From positions 724,804 through 788,803 of the forward strand of contig CAWBFZ010000001.1 of NCBI GenBank assembly GCA_963788175.1: a stretch of DNA of 64,000 nt. Reading direction: 5' to 3'. The position numbers and the translations under genes were made by a program. This DNA is from Thermoanaerobaculia bacterium. Lineage in GTDB: Bacteria > Acidobacteriota > Thermoanaerobaculia > Multivoradales > JAGPDF01. Shown piece after piece: positions 13,619 through 26,183 of the stretch. The notes below the pieces were generated by a model. That model saw nothing but the letters and a program-made list of their open reading frames with translations. It was not told the DNA's origin and ran no database searches. Numbering within the stretch: the first letter of the stretch is position 1; each line of letters starts with the position of its first letter.

Positions 13619-15536
13619 GTGCCCTCCCCGATGCGCACGCCGTCGATTCTCCTGCTCCCCGCTCCTCGCGCTCCTGCTCTTCGTCCTCCGCCGCCGTCGG
13701 ACGCGCAGTCTCCGGAGACTCGCAGAGCGCTCCGCCCGCGTCCGGCGAGCTGGTCAGCGAGGATCTCCTCGACACACCGCGCCGGAGACCACGCGCCGCT
13801 CGGAGCCCTGCCGGCGACTGCCACGCCGGCGGCGACCGGCGACCGATCCGCTGGCGGTGCGCGAGCGCGAGGCGGAGCAGGCCTTCACCGACGGCGATCT
13901 GGCGCGCGCTCTCGGGCTCTACCGCGAGCTCGCCGCGCAGCACCCCGAGGCGGCCGAGCGCTCGCGCCTGCGGGTGACCGCGGCCTGGCTCGTCTTCCAG
14001 CTCGGCAACCCGGAGGCGGCGCGCCTCGAGCTCACCGCGACGCTGATGCGGGATCCCGCCTTCCAGCCGCGCGCCGAGATCTACAGCCCGGAGTTCATGG
14101 CCCTCTTCCTGAACGCCCAGCGCGATGCGGCTGAGGAGCGGACGCGCAGCGCGGCGCGTCTGCTCAAGCAGGGGATCGACGCCCTGACCGCCGGCGACAG
14201 CGCCGACGGCGCGGCTGCCGGATCGAGGAGAGCCTGGCGCTCGCGCCGGGCGCGCTGCGCGCCATCTTCGCCCTGGCGCAGGTCGACCTCGCGGAGCGCC
14301 GGACTGACGCCGCTCTGGCGGGCTTCGAGCGCGTCCTGGCGCTCGAGCGCGGCGCGCCGGAGAAGCTGCCGCGCGAGCTCAAGGCGCAGGTGCTGAACAA
14401 CGTCGGCGTCATCTACTTCGGACGCGGGCAGTACGAAGACGCCGATGCACGCGCTCGAGGAGGCCGCCGGACTGAACACCCGCGATCCCCGCGTCTGGTT
14501 CAATCTCGGGCTCGCCCGGCAGAAGCACGGTCTCGCCGGACCGGGCCTCGAAGCCCTGCGCACCGCGCACGAGCTCGACCGCAGCGACGCCGAGATCGCC
14601 CTCGAGCTCGGCCGCGCCTTCATCGCCGCCCAGCGCTGGATGGACGCCGTCGCGGTCCTGCTCGAGGCCACCCAGATGCACCCGGAGTCGGCGACGCTCT
14701 GGCTCGAATTCGCCGCCGCCCAGCGCGGCCTCGGCAATCTCTACGGCATGACGACGAGTCTCGCCAAGGCGATCGAGCTCGACCCGGCGAACGACCAGGG
14801 GGCGGGATTCCAGGCCGCGATGGAGCTCGCCCAGTCCGCGCTCACCGCGAAGAACTTCGGGCAAGCGCCGCGCCGCCGCCGAGGTCGCGGTCCGCATGCG
14901 GTCCGAGGACGGCAGCGCCTGGGCTCTGCTCGGTCTGTCGCAGCAGGCGGACGGGCAAGCTCCCGGAGGCGGCGCAGAGTCTCGAGAAGGCGGCCGCGGT
15001 CGCGCCCGATCGCGCCGACATCGCGCACAATCTCGGCACCGTCTACCTCGCGCAACGACGCTATCCGGAGGCCGAAGCCGCGCTTCCGCCGGGCGATCGC
15101 CCTCGATCCCGGCGGCGACCGAAGTCGGCGGCCGCGCTGACCCGACTCGAAGCGCAGCGCCAGGCAGGCCGCCCAAGCGCGAGACGGGCTCGAAGCGCAG
15201 GGCCGGCGCCGGCGTGCCAGAGCCGCCGTCCACGCCGCGGAACACGCCCGGCATCGCCGCGGCCGCGAAGCGGCCGGAGCTCGGGGCGCAGCTCGTCGCG
15301 GTCGACTATCCGCCGCTCGGCATCCGCGGCCTGCTGGTCGAATCGGTCGTCGCCGGGCGGTCTCGCCGAGCTCTCCGGCCTGCTGGCGCGACGATCTCGT
15401 TCTGCGCGCCGGCGGCCGCCCGCTGACCCAGCCGGCCGCGCTGCTGTCGCTGATCGACAGCTCCCGGAGTATTCCGATCCAGCTCTCGGTGCTGCGCGCC
15501 GGCAAGCCGGTCGAGGTCGTGCTGCGGATGCGTTGA
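13619..15536 (+). CDS. Secreted TPR-repeat protein with C-terminal PDZ-like domain; frameshifted
   Basis: TPR motifs 'LNNVGVIY', 'WFNLGLA', 'AHNLGTVYLA'; C-terminal 'GLLVESV...DDLVLRAGG...LSVLRAGKPVEVVL'. Confidence 0.7.
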
Positions 15537-15559
15537 GCGGGATTCCCGACGAGCTTCGG

Positions 15560-16850
15560 CGGCCGGCTCTGCGGGAACGGTCGGTGCGGCGCCGGCTGGC
15601 CGACGTAAGCGGCCCGGTAGCGCGCCGCAACGCTGTCCCAGGAGAACTCGTCGCGCGCGCGCCCGCGCGACGCGACGCCGAAGCGCTCGCGGCGGGGCCG
15701 GTCGGCGAGCGCCTCGCGCAGGATCCGGGCGAGGTCGGCGACGCTGCCCTCCTCCACCAGCCAGCCGTTCGACCCCCTCGCCGATCGCCGTCGGCAGCCC
15801 GGAGACGCGCGAACCGACCACGGCAGCCCGCTCGCCATCGCTTCCAGGATGACGTTCGGCAGGCCGTCCACGTTGCCCTTCGCATCGTGCACGGCGGGCA
15901 GAACGAAGAGGTCGGCGGCGCGATAGAGGTCGGGCAGCGTGTCGTGCAGGACGGCGCCCGGGAAAGTGCACCCGGTCGCGCGAAGGCGCCGCGCGCCAGC
16001 CGGAACTCCTCCAGGCGATCGCCGCCGCCGGCGAGCACGAGGTGGGCCTCGGGCGCCGTCGCGAAGAGCGCCGGCAGGGCCTCGATCAGGAGGTGAAAGC
16101 CCTTCTTCGTCGCCATCCGGCCGACCCCGAGGAGCATCGGCGCGTCGGGCGGAATGCCCGAGTCGTTGGCGCCACAGGGCCCGGCGCTCCGGGTCGGGCG
16201 CGAAGAGCACGCTGTCGACGCCGTAGGGGATGACGTGCGAGCGTTCGGCGGGAAAGCCGATCTTCTGCACCCGCGCGGCGAGCTCCGGAGAGCAGCTCGT
16301 CAGACCGTCCACGCGGCGCAGGGCGCGCCGCACGAACGGGCGCACGGGACCCTTCTCGGCCATGAAGACGTCGCTGCCATGGAGTCCGACGAGCAGCGGC
16401 GCTGCCGGGCCGCAGAACGCCGGCGGCGAAGAGATTGGGCACCACCCAGTGCGCCTGCACGAGGTCCCAGCCGCCCCCGGCGAGCGCGCCGCGCACCGCC
16501 CGCAAGGCGCCCAGGAGATAGAGCGGCGCGACCGCCGCCGCCGCACCGGCCATACGCTCGTCGGCGTGCAGCGAGCGGCCGTAGCCGAGGAGCTCCCAGC
16601 GTTCGGGGGCGTAACGGAAGGTGTGCACCTCGACGCCCGCCTCGCTCCACGACGCGGCAACCCCGTCGGCGTGCGGCGCCAGCACGCGCACGCGGTCGCC
16701 GCCGCGCACCAGGGCGCGCGCCAGGTCGCGGATGAACGGGCCCGGCGCTGTCGTGCGCCCGCCGCGGATAGGTCTGGGTGAGGAAGAGGATGCCGAGGCG
16801 CGGCGATCTGCGGCGGCGGAGGATCAGCGCCGGCCACGATGCCGGCGTGC
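15560..16850 (-). CDS. Glycosyltransferase family 4; frameshifted; ends approximate
   Basis: 'QAHW', 'LHGSDV', 'VIPYGVD', 'GRMATKKG', 'ADLFVLP...DGLPNVILEAMASG'. Confidence 0.85.
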
Positions 16851-16854
16851 AGCG

Positions 16855-17789
16855 CTAATCGAGCAGCTCCTTGACCGAATAGCTGTCGGTGCGGCGGAAG
16901 GTCTTGTGGGTCATCATCTCCGCCAGCAGGCCGGTCATCAGCACCTGCAGGCCGATCAGCATGAGCAGCGACCCGAGCAGCAGCAGCGGCCGGTTCGACA
17001 GCGACTCGCCCATGAACCAGCGCACCGCGAGGTAGAGGTTGATCAGCAGGCCCGAGCCGAGGCCGGCCAGCCCCATCGCCCCGAACAGGTGCAGCGGCCG
17101 GCGCGTGTACTTGGTGATGAACAGCACGGTGAGCAGGTCCAGCAGGCCCTTGTAGAAGCGGTCCCAGCCGTACTTGCTGACGCCGTGGCGGCGCGGGTGG
17201 TGCTGCACCGCGAGCTCGCCGACGGCGAAGCCGCGGCGGCTGGCGAGCACCGGGATGTAGCGGTGCAGCTCGCCGTAGATCGGCACCTCCTCGAGGACCT
17301 CGCGCCGGTAGACCTTGAAGCCGCAGTTGAAGTCGTGCAGGTCGACCTGCGCGACCTTGCGCGTCGCCCAGTTGAAGAGCAGCGACGGGAGGGTCTTCGT
17401 CAACGGATCCTTGCGCTCGTGCTTCCAGCCCGAGACGAGGTCGAAGCCGCCCTTCTCCAGGGTCTCGATCATGCGCGGGATCTCGTCCGGGTCGTCCTGC
17501 AGGTCGCCGTCGAGGGTGACGATGAGCCGGCCCGAAGCGATGTCGAAGCCGGCCGTCAGCGCCGCCGCCTTGCCGAAGTTGCGCCGCAGGCGCACCAGCT
17601 TGACGTTCGGGATCGATCGCCCGCGCCTCGCGCACCCGCGCGCAGGTCGCGTCGCGCGAGCCGTCGTCGACGAAGATGATCTCGTAGGAGAGGCCGAGCG
17701 GCAGCGATCGCCTCCCGCACGCGGCGGGCGAGGTCGAGTACCGTCCCGGCCTCGTCGAGGACCGGCACCAGCACGGAGCAGTCGAGCAC
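16855..17789 (-). CDS. Glycosyltransferase family 2 (polyprenol-phosphate glycosyltransferase, ArnC-like); frameshifted
   Basis: 'SVLVPVLDE', 'FVDDGSRD', 'RNFGKAAAL', 'LDGDLQDDP', 'DFNCGFK', two C-terminal TM helices. Confidence 0.9.
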
Positions 17790-17916
17790 GGCGACGGCAG
17801 CCCGCGACGGCGGGCTGGCCGTGGCAAGCCCGCGGCGGCGGGCCCGGCAGGGAGGAGGTCGAAGGGGTCATGGGCGAGCCGCCCAGGGGGCAGCCGCGAT
17901 ATTGTAGCAATCAAAC

Positions 17917-19927
17917 GATGCTCCCTGCTCCGCAACAGCTGGCCGGCCCGTTCAACTTCCTCGGCAGGAGCCCGGACGAGCTGCGCCGCCTCGTTCCGGA
18001 CGCCGATCAGATCCTGCCGGCGCAGCTGCGGATCTACCAGGAGGACGAGAGCGGCCACGCCGCTGCTTCGGCTACCCGGTGCTCCTGACCCCCGAGCTCG
18101 CGGCTCTCGACCGGGCCTTCGAGGGCTATCTCGCGCAGGAGGAGGAGGTCGAGTACGCGACGCTGCAGCGCATCTCCTTCGACTCGTCGGCCTTCGCCGG
18201 CGCCTGGGAGCGCTACCGCCTGCTGCTCACCCGCGCCACCGAGAACTCGATCACGGCGAGCTACGGCCGGAGCTTCCCGGGGATCTTCTGGCTCTACCAC
18301 TCGGGCGCCATCGCGCGCGGCTTCAAGGACACCACGAAGCGCCTGTTGCGCCGCGATCTGGTCTGGGCGAAGCAGAACGGCGACGAGTTCCGCTACCGCG
18401 TCTACAATCGCGTGCTCGACCGGCTCTCGAACCTCACCTACGACCTGGTCAACCGGCTCTCCACCGACACCGAGGAGGTCGAGCAGCAGATCTTCCCGAC
18501 CCTCCTCACCCGGATGAAGGACAACGTCCTGATCTTCACCGAGGACCACATCAGCCCGAACCTCGCCGAGCTCGCCGGCTACTTCTCCGGCTGCCTGAAG
18601 CTCGACGGGCGCGACTTCCGGCTGCGCCTGATGCAGGTCCACGAGTGGTACTCGGAGCTCCTGCGCCGCGACGTCGAGCTCCAGCAACCTCACGCGCCTG
18701 CTCGGCGAGGAGCCGGGCAAGGACCCGCGCCTGCACCTCAATCGTCCCGGCTACCTGACCTTCCTCGCCGGCCGTCCGACCTACGACCCGGTCGCGCCTG
18801 CTGCCACCGGCCTGGATCCAGGTCTGGGAGAGCCTGCTGGTGAAGCTCAAGGAGTTCGAGCTCTTCAACGCGCTGCGCCGGAGCATCGTCGGCGTCGAGC
18901 GCGACGGCGATCACGTGCTCGGCCGCGAGCGCTTCTCGACCCGGGTCGGCGTCGGCGCCGCGACGACTGCCGCTGCGCCTCTCGTCCAGCACCCGCCCGC
19001 TCGACTTCATGGCGCCCTGGGTCGTCGACCCGCTGGTCGCCCGATTCGGCCTGATCTACGACATCTCGGACTTCACGGAGACGGTCTCGCTGCTGCGCCG
19101 CTCTGGCGCCCTCGAGCAGGACCGCTCTTTCCGGATGATGTTCCGCTTCCAGCGCAAGGTGAACCGGCTCGCCTCCCAGCACAAGGCCAAGCTCGAGAAG
19201 TACCTCGGCGACGGCGCCTTCTACTCGAGCCGCGAGTCGCATCACCTGCTCATCCTGGCGATGCAGATCCAGCGCGCCTACCGCGAGGCGCTCGCCAAGG
19301 GTTTCCCGTTCTCGAACGGCCTGCGCATCGCGCTCAACCACGGCCAGTACCGGCTGCTGCCGATCCAGATCGGCGGCAAGGAGGAGGGCGGCGACCGCTA
19401 CGAGTTCTTCGGCCACGGCGTGGTCGAGCTCACCCGTCTGACCTCGGGCAAGGCGTCGCGCGAGATCGACGAGATCAAGACTCTGCTGATCACGCTGGGC
19501 TATCCGGAGGCGGTGGTCAACCGCTTCTTCGCTCCGATGACCCGCCAGAATCTGGACGTGGTGAACAAGATCGAGGAGTCGCGCGGCTTCTACTCGTACA
19601 TCAACCCCAACGGCTCGCTGGTGAACGAGGGCATCGTCGCGACGCTCGACTTCATCCAGCGCCTGGAGAAGGAATCGGTCGGCAGCCGGCATCTTCCGCC
19701 TGCTCGACGGCGAACGGACCTACGTCGCGGTCAAGGTCGACACGCCGAGCGGGAGCCTCCTGGTCGGCGTCCGCAAGCTCGGCGTCGCTCACCTCAAGGG
19801 TCTCGACCGGCTGCCGGTCTTCGAGATCGTCGACGCCTCGCTCTGGGGCGACAACACCCTGGTCGAGCTGCGCGGCGGCCTGATGGAAATGATCGAGCGC
19901 GAGTTCAACTCGGCCCTGAGCAACTGA
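17917..19927 (+). CDS. Large protein with atypical class III adenylate/guanylate cyclase domain; frameshifted
   Basis: 'LIYDISDFT', 'EKYLGDGAFY', 'LRIALNHG', 'YEFFGHGVVELTRL', 'LGVAHLKG' occur in the order of class III cyclase motifs. Confidence 0.65.
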
Positions 19928-19966
19928 CAGATTCACCGCCAACCTGGAGCAAGGAGAGTACCGACA

Positions 19967-20876
19967 GTGAGCACCGGCGACAACGGATCCGTCTGGCAGA
20001 CCGACCTTCCCGGCCTGTCCGCGCCCCGGCGCGGCAAGGTTCGCGACATCTACGATCTCGGCGACAGGATCCTGCTGGTCGCGACCGACCGGCTGTCGGC
20101 CTACGACCACATCCTGCGGCCGGCGATCCCCGGCAAGGGCCGGATCCTCACGCAGCTCACCAATTTCTGGATGGAGCGCCTCGCCTGCCATCGTCCCGAA
20201 TCACCTCCTCGCGACCGAGGTCGCCGACTTTCCGGCCGAGCTTCGCCCCTATGCGCGACAGCTCGAAGGCCGCGCAGTCCTGGTGAAGAAGGCCGCGGTG
20301 GTGCCCTTCGAATGCGTTGCACGCGGCTTCCTCGCCGGCAGCGCCTTCAAGGAGTACAGCGCAGCAGGCACCGCCTGCGGCATCGCGCTGCCACCCGGCC
20401 TCGATCGGGCGAGCCGGCTCGCCGAGCCGATCTTCACGCCGGCGACGAAAGCCGAGTCGGGTCACGACGAGAACGTCGACTATCGCGACGCTCGCGGCCG
20501 GCGTCGGCGCCGCGACCGCGAGCCGCCTGCGCGAGCTGACCCTGGCGCTCTACCGGGCGGGGGCCGCGCACGCCGAGTCGGTCGGCCTGCTGCTCGCCGA
20601 CACCAAATTCGAGTTCGGTATCGATCGCCGGCGAGATCGTGCTCATCGACGAAGCCCTGACCCCGGACTCCTCGCGCTACTGGGAGGCGGCGGCCTGGAG
20701 ACCGGGCACCGAGCCGGCCTCGTTCGACAAGCAGTTCGTCCGCAACTGGCTCGACGCCTCGGGCTGGGACCACGAGTCGACTCCGCCCGAGCTCCCGGCG
20801 GAGGTCGTCGCCGGGACCCGCGAGCGCTACGTCGAGGCCTTCCGCCGGCTGACCGGGCGCAGCTCCCGCACTCTGA
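19967..20876 (+). CDS. purC: SAICAR synthase; frameshifted
   Basis: 'RGKVRDIY', 'ATDRLSAYD', '[11 protein letters not shown]', 'FTPATKA..GHDEN', 'ADTKFEFG', '[12 protein letters not shown]', 'DKQFVR'. Confidence 0.93.
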
Positions 20877-20935
20877 GGCGCTGCCGCGGCGAATACGTGA
20901 CACGCTCATGCTCCAGGAGAACCAATACACCGGGA

Positions 20936-21667
20936 ATGCTGACCGCCGAGAAGATCCGCGCGATTCACGAGCTGGTCGATGCCGCCCATGTCGGCATCGT
21001 CTTTCAGCCGATCGCCGACATTCACAAGCGGCGCATCCTCGCCTACGAGGCGCTGGCACGCAACTCGAATTCGCTCTTCAAGAGCACGCCGGAGATGTTC
21101 GCCGCAGCGGTGCAGGCCGGCCGGGTCGCGGAGCTCGGACGGCTGCATCGCGACCAGGCGGTGCGGCTCTGCCCGCACTATCCGCTCTTCCTCAACATCG
21201 ACCCGCACGAGTTCGACTACGGCTGGTTGGTGCGGCCGGACGACCCGATCTTCCGCCACCGCCACCCGATCACGGTCGAGATCACCGAGTCGGTGCCGAT
21301 CAAGTACTTCACGCAGTGCCACAGCGTGCTGGCGGAGATCCGCCAGAAGGGGATGTCGCTCGCCATCGACGACCTCGGCGCCGGCTTCTCGAACCTGAAG
21401 TACATCGCCGACCTGCAGCCGGAGATCGTCAAGCTCGACCGCGAGCTGATCCTCGGGTGCGCACCCGGCAACCGCCCGTTCAAGCTGCTGTGCTCGATCG
21501 TCTCGCTGTGCAAGGAGATGAACGCCAAGACGGTCGCCGAAGGAATCGAGACCCTGGGCGAGTTCGAGGCCGCGGTCGAAGCCGGCGTCGACTACGCCCA
21601 GGGCTACCTCCTCGGCCGCCCCGCCTGCCCCGCCCCCGACCTCATCTGGCCGGGCACCTCGCGCTAG
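20936..21667 (+). CDS. Stand-alone EAL-domain c-di-GMP phosphodiesterase (start may be 20908 across a frameshift)
   Basis: 'FQPI', 'EALAR', 'LNI', 'EITES', 'DDLGAGFS', 'VKLD', 'AEGIET', 'QGY' all present. Confidence 0.9.
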   Translation: MLTAEKIRAIHELVDAAHVGIVFQPIADIHKRRILAYEALARNSNSLFKSTPEMFAAAVQAGRVAELGRLHRDQAVRLCPHYPLFLNIDPHEFDYGWLVRPDDPIFRHRHPITVEITESVPIKYFTQCHSVLAEIRQKGMSLAIDDLGAGFSNLKYIADLQPEIVKLDRELILGCAPGNRPFKLLCSIVSLCKEMNAKTVAEGIETLGEFEAAVEAGVDYAQGYLLGRPACPAPDLIWPGTSR

Positions 21668-21686
21668 CGAAGCACCCGGAGGGCGA

Positions 21687-23055
21687 TCAGCCGGGCAGCT
21701 GCTCGGCGAGCTCTTCGAGGGTGGAGATCTGGGTGAGCTGCAGGTCGATGCGTTTGGCGAGGCCTTCGACTCGCGGCAGATAGGCCTGCTTGAAGCCGTG
21801 CGCCGCGGCCTCGCGCAGGCGGGCCTCGGCCTGACTCACGGGGCGGACTTCGCCGAGCAGGCCGATCTCGCCGAAGAAGACGGCGTCGGGGGGAAGTGCC
21901 ACACCGCGGTAGGCGGAGATCAGCGCCGCGGCGACCGCGAGGTCGGCGGCGGGTTCCTTCAAGGCGAGGCCGCCGACGACGTTGAGGAAGACGTCGCGGT
22001 CGGCGAGGCCGAGCTTGGCGAAGCGCTCGAGCACGGCGACCAGCAGGATGACGCGGTTGCCGTCGAGGCCGACGCTCATCCTTCTCGGCGACGGGAAGTT
22101 GGTCGGGTTCACCAGCGCCTGGGTTTCGACGAGCAGCGGCCGGGCACCAGACAGGGTCGGCAGCACGGCCGAGCCGGGCGCGCCGCGGCGCCGCCGCGCC
22201 AGCAGCACCTGCGACGGATCGAGCACCGGTTCGAGCCCCGACTCGCGCATCTCGAACATCGCGATCTCGCCGGTCGGGCCGAAGCGGTTCTTCGTGGCGC
22301 GCAGGATCCGGTAGTCCGACTCGCGCTCGCCCTCGAAGTTGAGCACCGTGTCGACGAGATGCTCGAGCGACTTCGGGCCGGCGATCGTGCCCTCCTTGGT
22401 CACGTGCCCGACCAGGAAGAGCGTCGACTCCGAGCGCTTGGCGAAGTCGACCAGACGGTTGGCGCAGTGCCGTACCTGCCCGATCGAGCCCGGCGGACTC
22501 TCGAGCTCGTCGCTGGCGATCGCCTGGATCGAGTCGACCAGCAGGGCCGCGGGCGCCGCTCCAGTCACGGCGCGCGCCGCGTCGAGCACCGTCTCGAGGC
22601 GCGTCTCCCCCACCACCAGCACGGCGCTCGAGGCGCAGCCCGAGCCGCTCGGCGCGCAGCCGGAGCTGGCGCGGCGACTCCTCGGCGCTGGCGTAGAGGA
22701 CCTTGCGCCCGAGGCCGGCGAGGCGCGTCGGCGAGCTGCAGCAGCAGCGTCGACTTGCCGATTCCGGGCTCGCCGGCGAGGAGCACCGTGCCGCCCGCGA
22801 CCACGCCGCCGCCCAGCACCCGGTCGAGCGCCGGAATGCCGGAGGGCGTGCGCAGCACCTGCTCCTGATCGATCTCGGACAGCGCGACCGGCAGCGCTCG
22901 CGGCGCGCTCTCCGACCTTGCCGGCGCGCTTCGGCGCCTCGCGCAGTCTCCTCGACGAACGACGACCAGGTGCCGCACTCGGGGCAGCGCCCCAGCCACT
23001 TCGTCGACTGGTAGCCGCAGCTCTGGCAGGCGTAGAGAGTGCGCGGAGCCGCCAT
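21687..23055 (-). CDS. radA: DNA repair protein RadA/Sms; frameshifted
   Basis: 'CQSCG...WLGRCPEC' zinc finger, Walker A 'GEPGIGKST', 'KNRFG' motif, Lon-like C-terminus. Confidence 0.95.
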
Positions 23056-23057
23056 CT

Positions 23058-24570
23058 TCAGAGCTTCGGGACCGAGCCCATGAGGTACTTGAGGTCGTCG
23101 TCGCTCCAGCGGATGCCGACGCCCACGAAGGGCGACCGGTACTGTTCGACCAGCGGATCGTCGTAGCCCGCCTTGACGTAGAGATTGCGGTAGAAGTTCC
23201 ACTGTCCGGTCAGCCGCAGGTGAGGATCGAGGTCGAGCTCGCGGCCGAAGTCGAACGCCTCGAACGAGAGCATCGCCCGCTGCCGGAAGAACTTGTAGTC
23301 GACCTGCACCCCGGCCGTGTTCTCGAGGATGCCGGCCCAGAGGGAGCCGCGGCGGTCGGCGAAGGGGAAGCCGAAGAGCGCCGACCAGTTGTTGCGCCGC
23401 GTCTCGCTGGTCAGCCGGTCGGTCGTGGTCGTCGCCGTCGAGCCGTCCGGCAGCGTGACGGTGACGATCTCGCGCTTCTCGGAGATCCGCCCGCGCGGGT
23501 CCGAGACCAGCTCGACGCGGTAGTAGCGCGGGCTCTCCTCGCCGTGCGGCAGCAGGTCGAGGCGGAAGGCCGAACGCGTGTCCTCGAGCTCCGAGAGGTA
23601 GGCACCGTCGAGCCCGAGCTCGAGCTTGAGCTCGTTCACCCGATTGAGCGTCGAGCCCAGCGCGTCGACCCCCTTCTCGACGCTGCCGAGAGCGCTCATC
23701 AGCTGGTCGTGCGCCTCCGGGCTGTTGACCAGCTTGCCGATCGTGCCCTCGCCGCTGGCGATCCTGGTGGTGATCTCGTTCAGGTTGTCGACCGAAGTCT
23801 GCACGTCGGCCGTGAGCTCCTTGATGTTCGCCATCGAGTCCTTGAGGTTGCCGCGGTTCTCCGCCAGCACGGCGTCGACCTGGTCGAGGACACGCGCGAT
23901 CTGCTCGGTGATGCGCGGCAGCTCGCGGGCGAGCGTCTCGCTGAAGCGCTCGAAGTTCGCCACCGTGCCGGAGAGGTTCGAGCGGTTCTCGACGATCAGG
24001 GCGCGCAGCTCGTCCGAGGTCGCCTGGATCGCTGTCGATCAGCGTCGAGAAGCCGCCGGGCGATCTCGAGCCGCCCGAGCCACCCAGACCCCCCTCGCCC
24101 CCCTTCCCGCCGCCCAGGAAGTCCTGCACCGACGTGCCGATCTCTTCGATCTTCGCCATCGCGTCGTCGAACGAGACCGGCGTCGTGCCGGCGAGCACGG
24201 TGCCGGGTGGCAGGAGCGCCGCCCCTTCCGGCCCGAGCCGGAGCTCGACGAACTTGTCGCCGAGCAGTCCCTGGTTGGCGATCGCCGCCGAGCTCCCTTC
24301 GACGAAAGCGATCGGCTGGTCGAGGAGCAGCGAGACCCGGGCCTTCCGCCCTTCGAGCGCGATCCCGTCGACCCGGCCCACCCGCACACCCGCCAGCCGC
24401 ACCGCCGCCTTGTCGTCGAGGCCGACGACCGAGTCGAAGACCGCGTCGACCCGCACGCCCTTGGGACCCCAGAGCCGCCAATCCTCGACCCGCAGGATGA
24501 GCCAGCCCAGAATGACGAGACAGATCGTCATGAAGATCCCGACCTTGACGACTTGGGAGGTGTTCGACAT
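23058..24570 (-). CDS. mlaD: Long MCE/MlaD-family protein with coiled coil and beta-rich C-terminal domain; one frameshift near 24030
   Basis: N-terminal TM, MCE motif '[18 protein letters not shown]...[10 protein letters not shown]', helical repeats, 'GEGTIGKLV'. Confidence 0.85.
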
Positions 24571-24602
24571 CGGCTACTCCTTCGCTGCTTCCGCTGGCGA
24601 CC

Positions 24603-25374
24603 TCATTCGGTCAACGGTCCGGTGGCCAGTCCCTGAATGAACTGCTGCACCCGCGGATCGGGCGAAGCGCGAAACTCCGCGGGCGGCGCATAGGCGATGA
24701 TCTTCCCCTGATGAAGCATCGCGATCCGCTCGGCGATGCGGAAGGCGCTGTCCATGTCGTGGGTGATCGAAACCGCGGTCGATCCGAGCTTCGCCTGCAG
24801 CTCCAGGATCAGCTGGTCGATGACCGCCTTCATCACCGGATCGAGACCGGTCGTCGGCTCGTCGAAGAGCAGGATCTTGGGTTCGAGGGCGATGGCGCGC
24901 GCGAAGCCGACCCGCCGCCTCATGCCGCCGGAGAGCTCGGCCGGCATCTTCTGGTCGGCACCCTCGAGGTGCACCATCTCCAGGCACTCGGCGACGCGCG
25001 CGGCGATCTCCGCCAGCGGACGGCCGGCGCGGCGCAGGGCGAAGCCGACGTTCTCGGCCACCGTCATCGAGTCGAACAGCGCCCCTTCTTGAAAGGCCAT
25101 GCCGAAGCGGCGGCGGAAGCCGGTGATGGCGCGCCCGTCGAGCGCAGCGATATCGACACCGTCGACGACCACCGTTCCGGAGTCCGGGGCGAGCAGCCCG
25201 ATCATGTGCTTGAGCAGGACGCTCTTGCCGCTCCCCGAGCCGCCGAGGATGACGACCGACTCGCCCTTCGTAGATCGCGAGGTCGAGCTCGTCGAGGACG
25301 ATCTTCCCGCCGAACGACTTCGAGACCTTCTGCAGGTCGATCTTGGTCGGCGGCAGTGCGCTCGGCGTCGCCAT
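24603..25374 (-). CDS. mlaF: MlaF-type ABC ATPase; one frameshift
   Basis: Walker A 'GGSGSGKS', 'FQEGALFDS', 'LSGGMRRRVG', 'DEPTTGLDP'. Confidence 0.9.
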
Positions 25375-25424
25375 GCTCAGAAGAAGATCCTGGTTGCGGA
25401 GGACAAGGCTCGCATTCACCGTCC

Positions 25425-26183
25425 TCAGAACAGAATCTTGGTCAGGAAGAAGTCGGAGATCAGGATCGCGATCGAGGCGAGGACGACCGCGCGCGTCGTC
25501 GCCCGGCCCACCCCCTCCGCCCCGCCGCGGGTGAAGTAGCCCTTCTGGCAGCCGACCACGGCGATGATCAGACCGAAGACCGCGGCCTTGATGAGGCCGG
25601 AGGTGATGTCCTCGAGGTCCATGTAGCGGAAGGTGTTTTCGGTGTAGGTCACCGGATTGGCGCCGAAGTAGACCACCGAGATGAGATAGCCGCCGACGAT
25701 GCCGATCGCGTCCGCGACGACGATCAGCAGCGGCAGCATGAAGACCGTCGCCCAGACCCGCGGCACGACGAGGAAGTGCACCGGATCGGTGGCCAGGACC
25801 TCGAGCGCGTCGATCTGCTCGGTCACCCGCATCGTGCCGAGCTCCGCCCCCATCGCCGAGCCGCAGCGGCCGGCGATGAGCAGCGACGAGATCACCGGCG
25901 CGAGCTCGCGCACCATCGAGAGCGCCACCAGCGAGCCGACGAAGCCCTCGGCGTTGAAGCGCTTCAAGGTCGAAAAAGTCTGCAGCGCCATCACCATGCC
26001 GGTGAACAGCGCCGTGAGGAGCACCACCGGCAGCGAGTCGACGCCGATGCGGACCATCTGGCGAACCAGCTCCCTGAAGTCGTACGGGGGGCGCGGCGTC
26101 CAGGCGATCGTCCGGCCGAGGATCTGGAAGAACCGCCCCATCTCGGTGAAATAGCCCTCGAGCGGCATCGCCCGCGTCGTCAT
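25425..26183 (-). CDS. mlaE: MlaE-type ABC permease
   Basis: 'RELAPV...AGRCGSAMGAELGTMRVTEQIDALE', 'GGAEGVGRATT'. Confidence 0.93.
   Translation of the reverse strand: MTTRAMPLEGYFTEMGRFFQILGRTIAWTPRPPYDFRELVRQMVRIGVDSLPVVLLTALFTGMVMALQTFSTLKRFNAEGFVGSLVALSMVRELAPVISSLLIAGRCGSAMGAELGTMRVTEQIDALEVLATDPVHFLVVPRVWATVFMLPLLIVVADAIGIVGGYLISVVYFGANPVTYTENTFRYMDLEDITSGLIKAAVFGLIIAVVGCQKGYFTRGGAEGVGRATTRAVVLASIAILISDFFLTKILF

Noticed and set aside
20639-21667. Apparent PurC-EAL fusion
   Set aside because: Read-through most likely caused by an indel near the purC stop; the EAL gene has its own start.
21664-24570. 968-aa ORF appearing to fuse MlaD with RadA
   Set aside because: The frame passes through out-of-frame sequence; both genes have their own start and stop once indels are allowed for.
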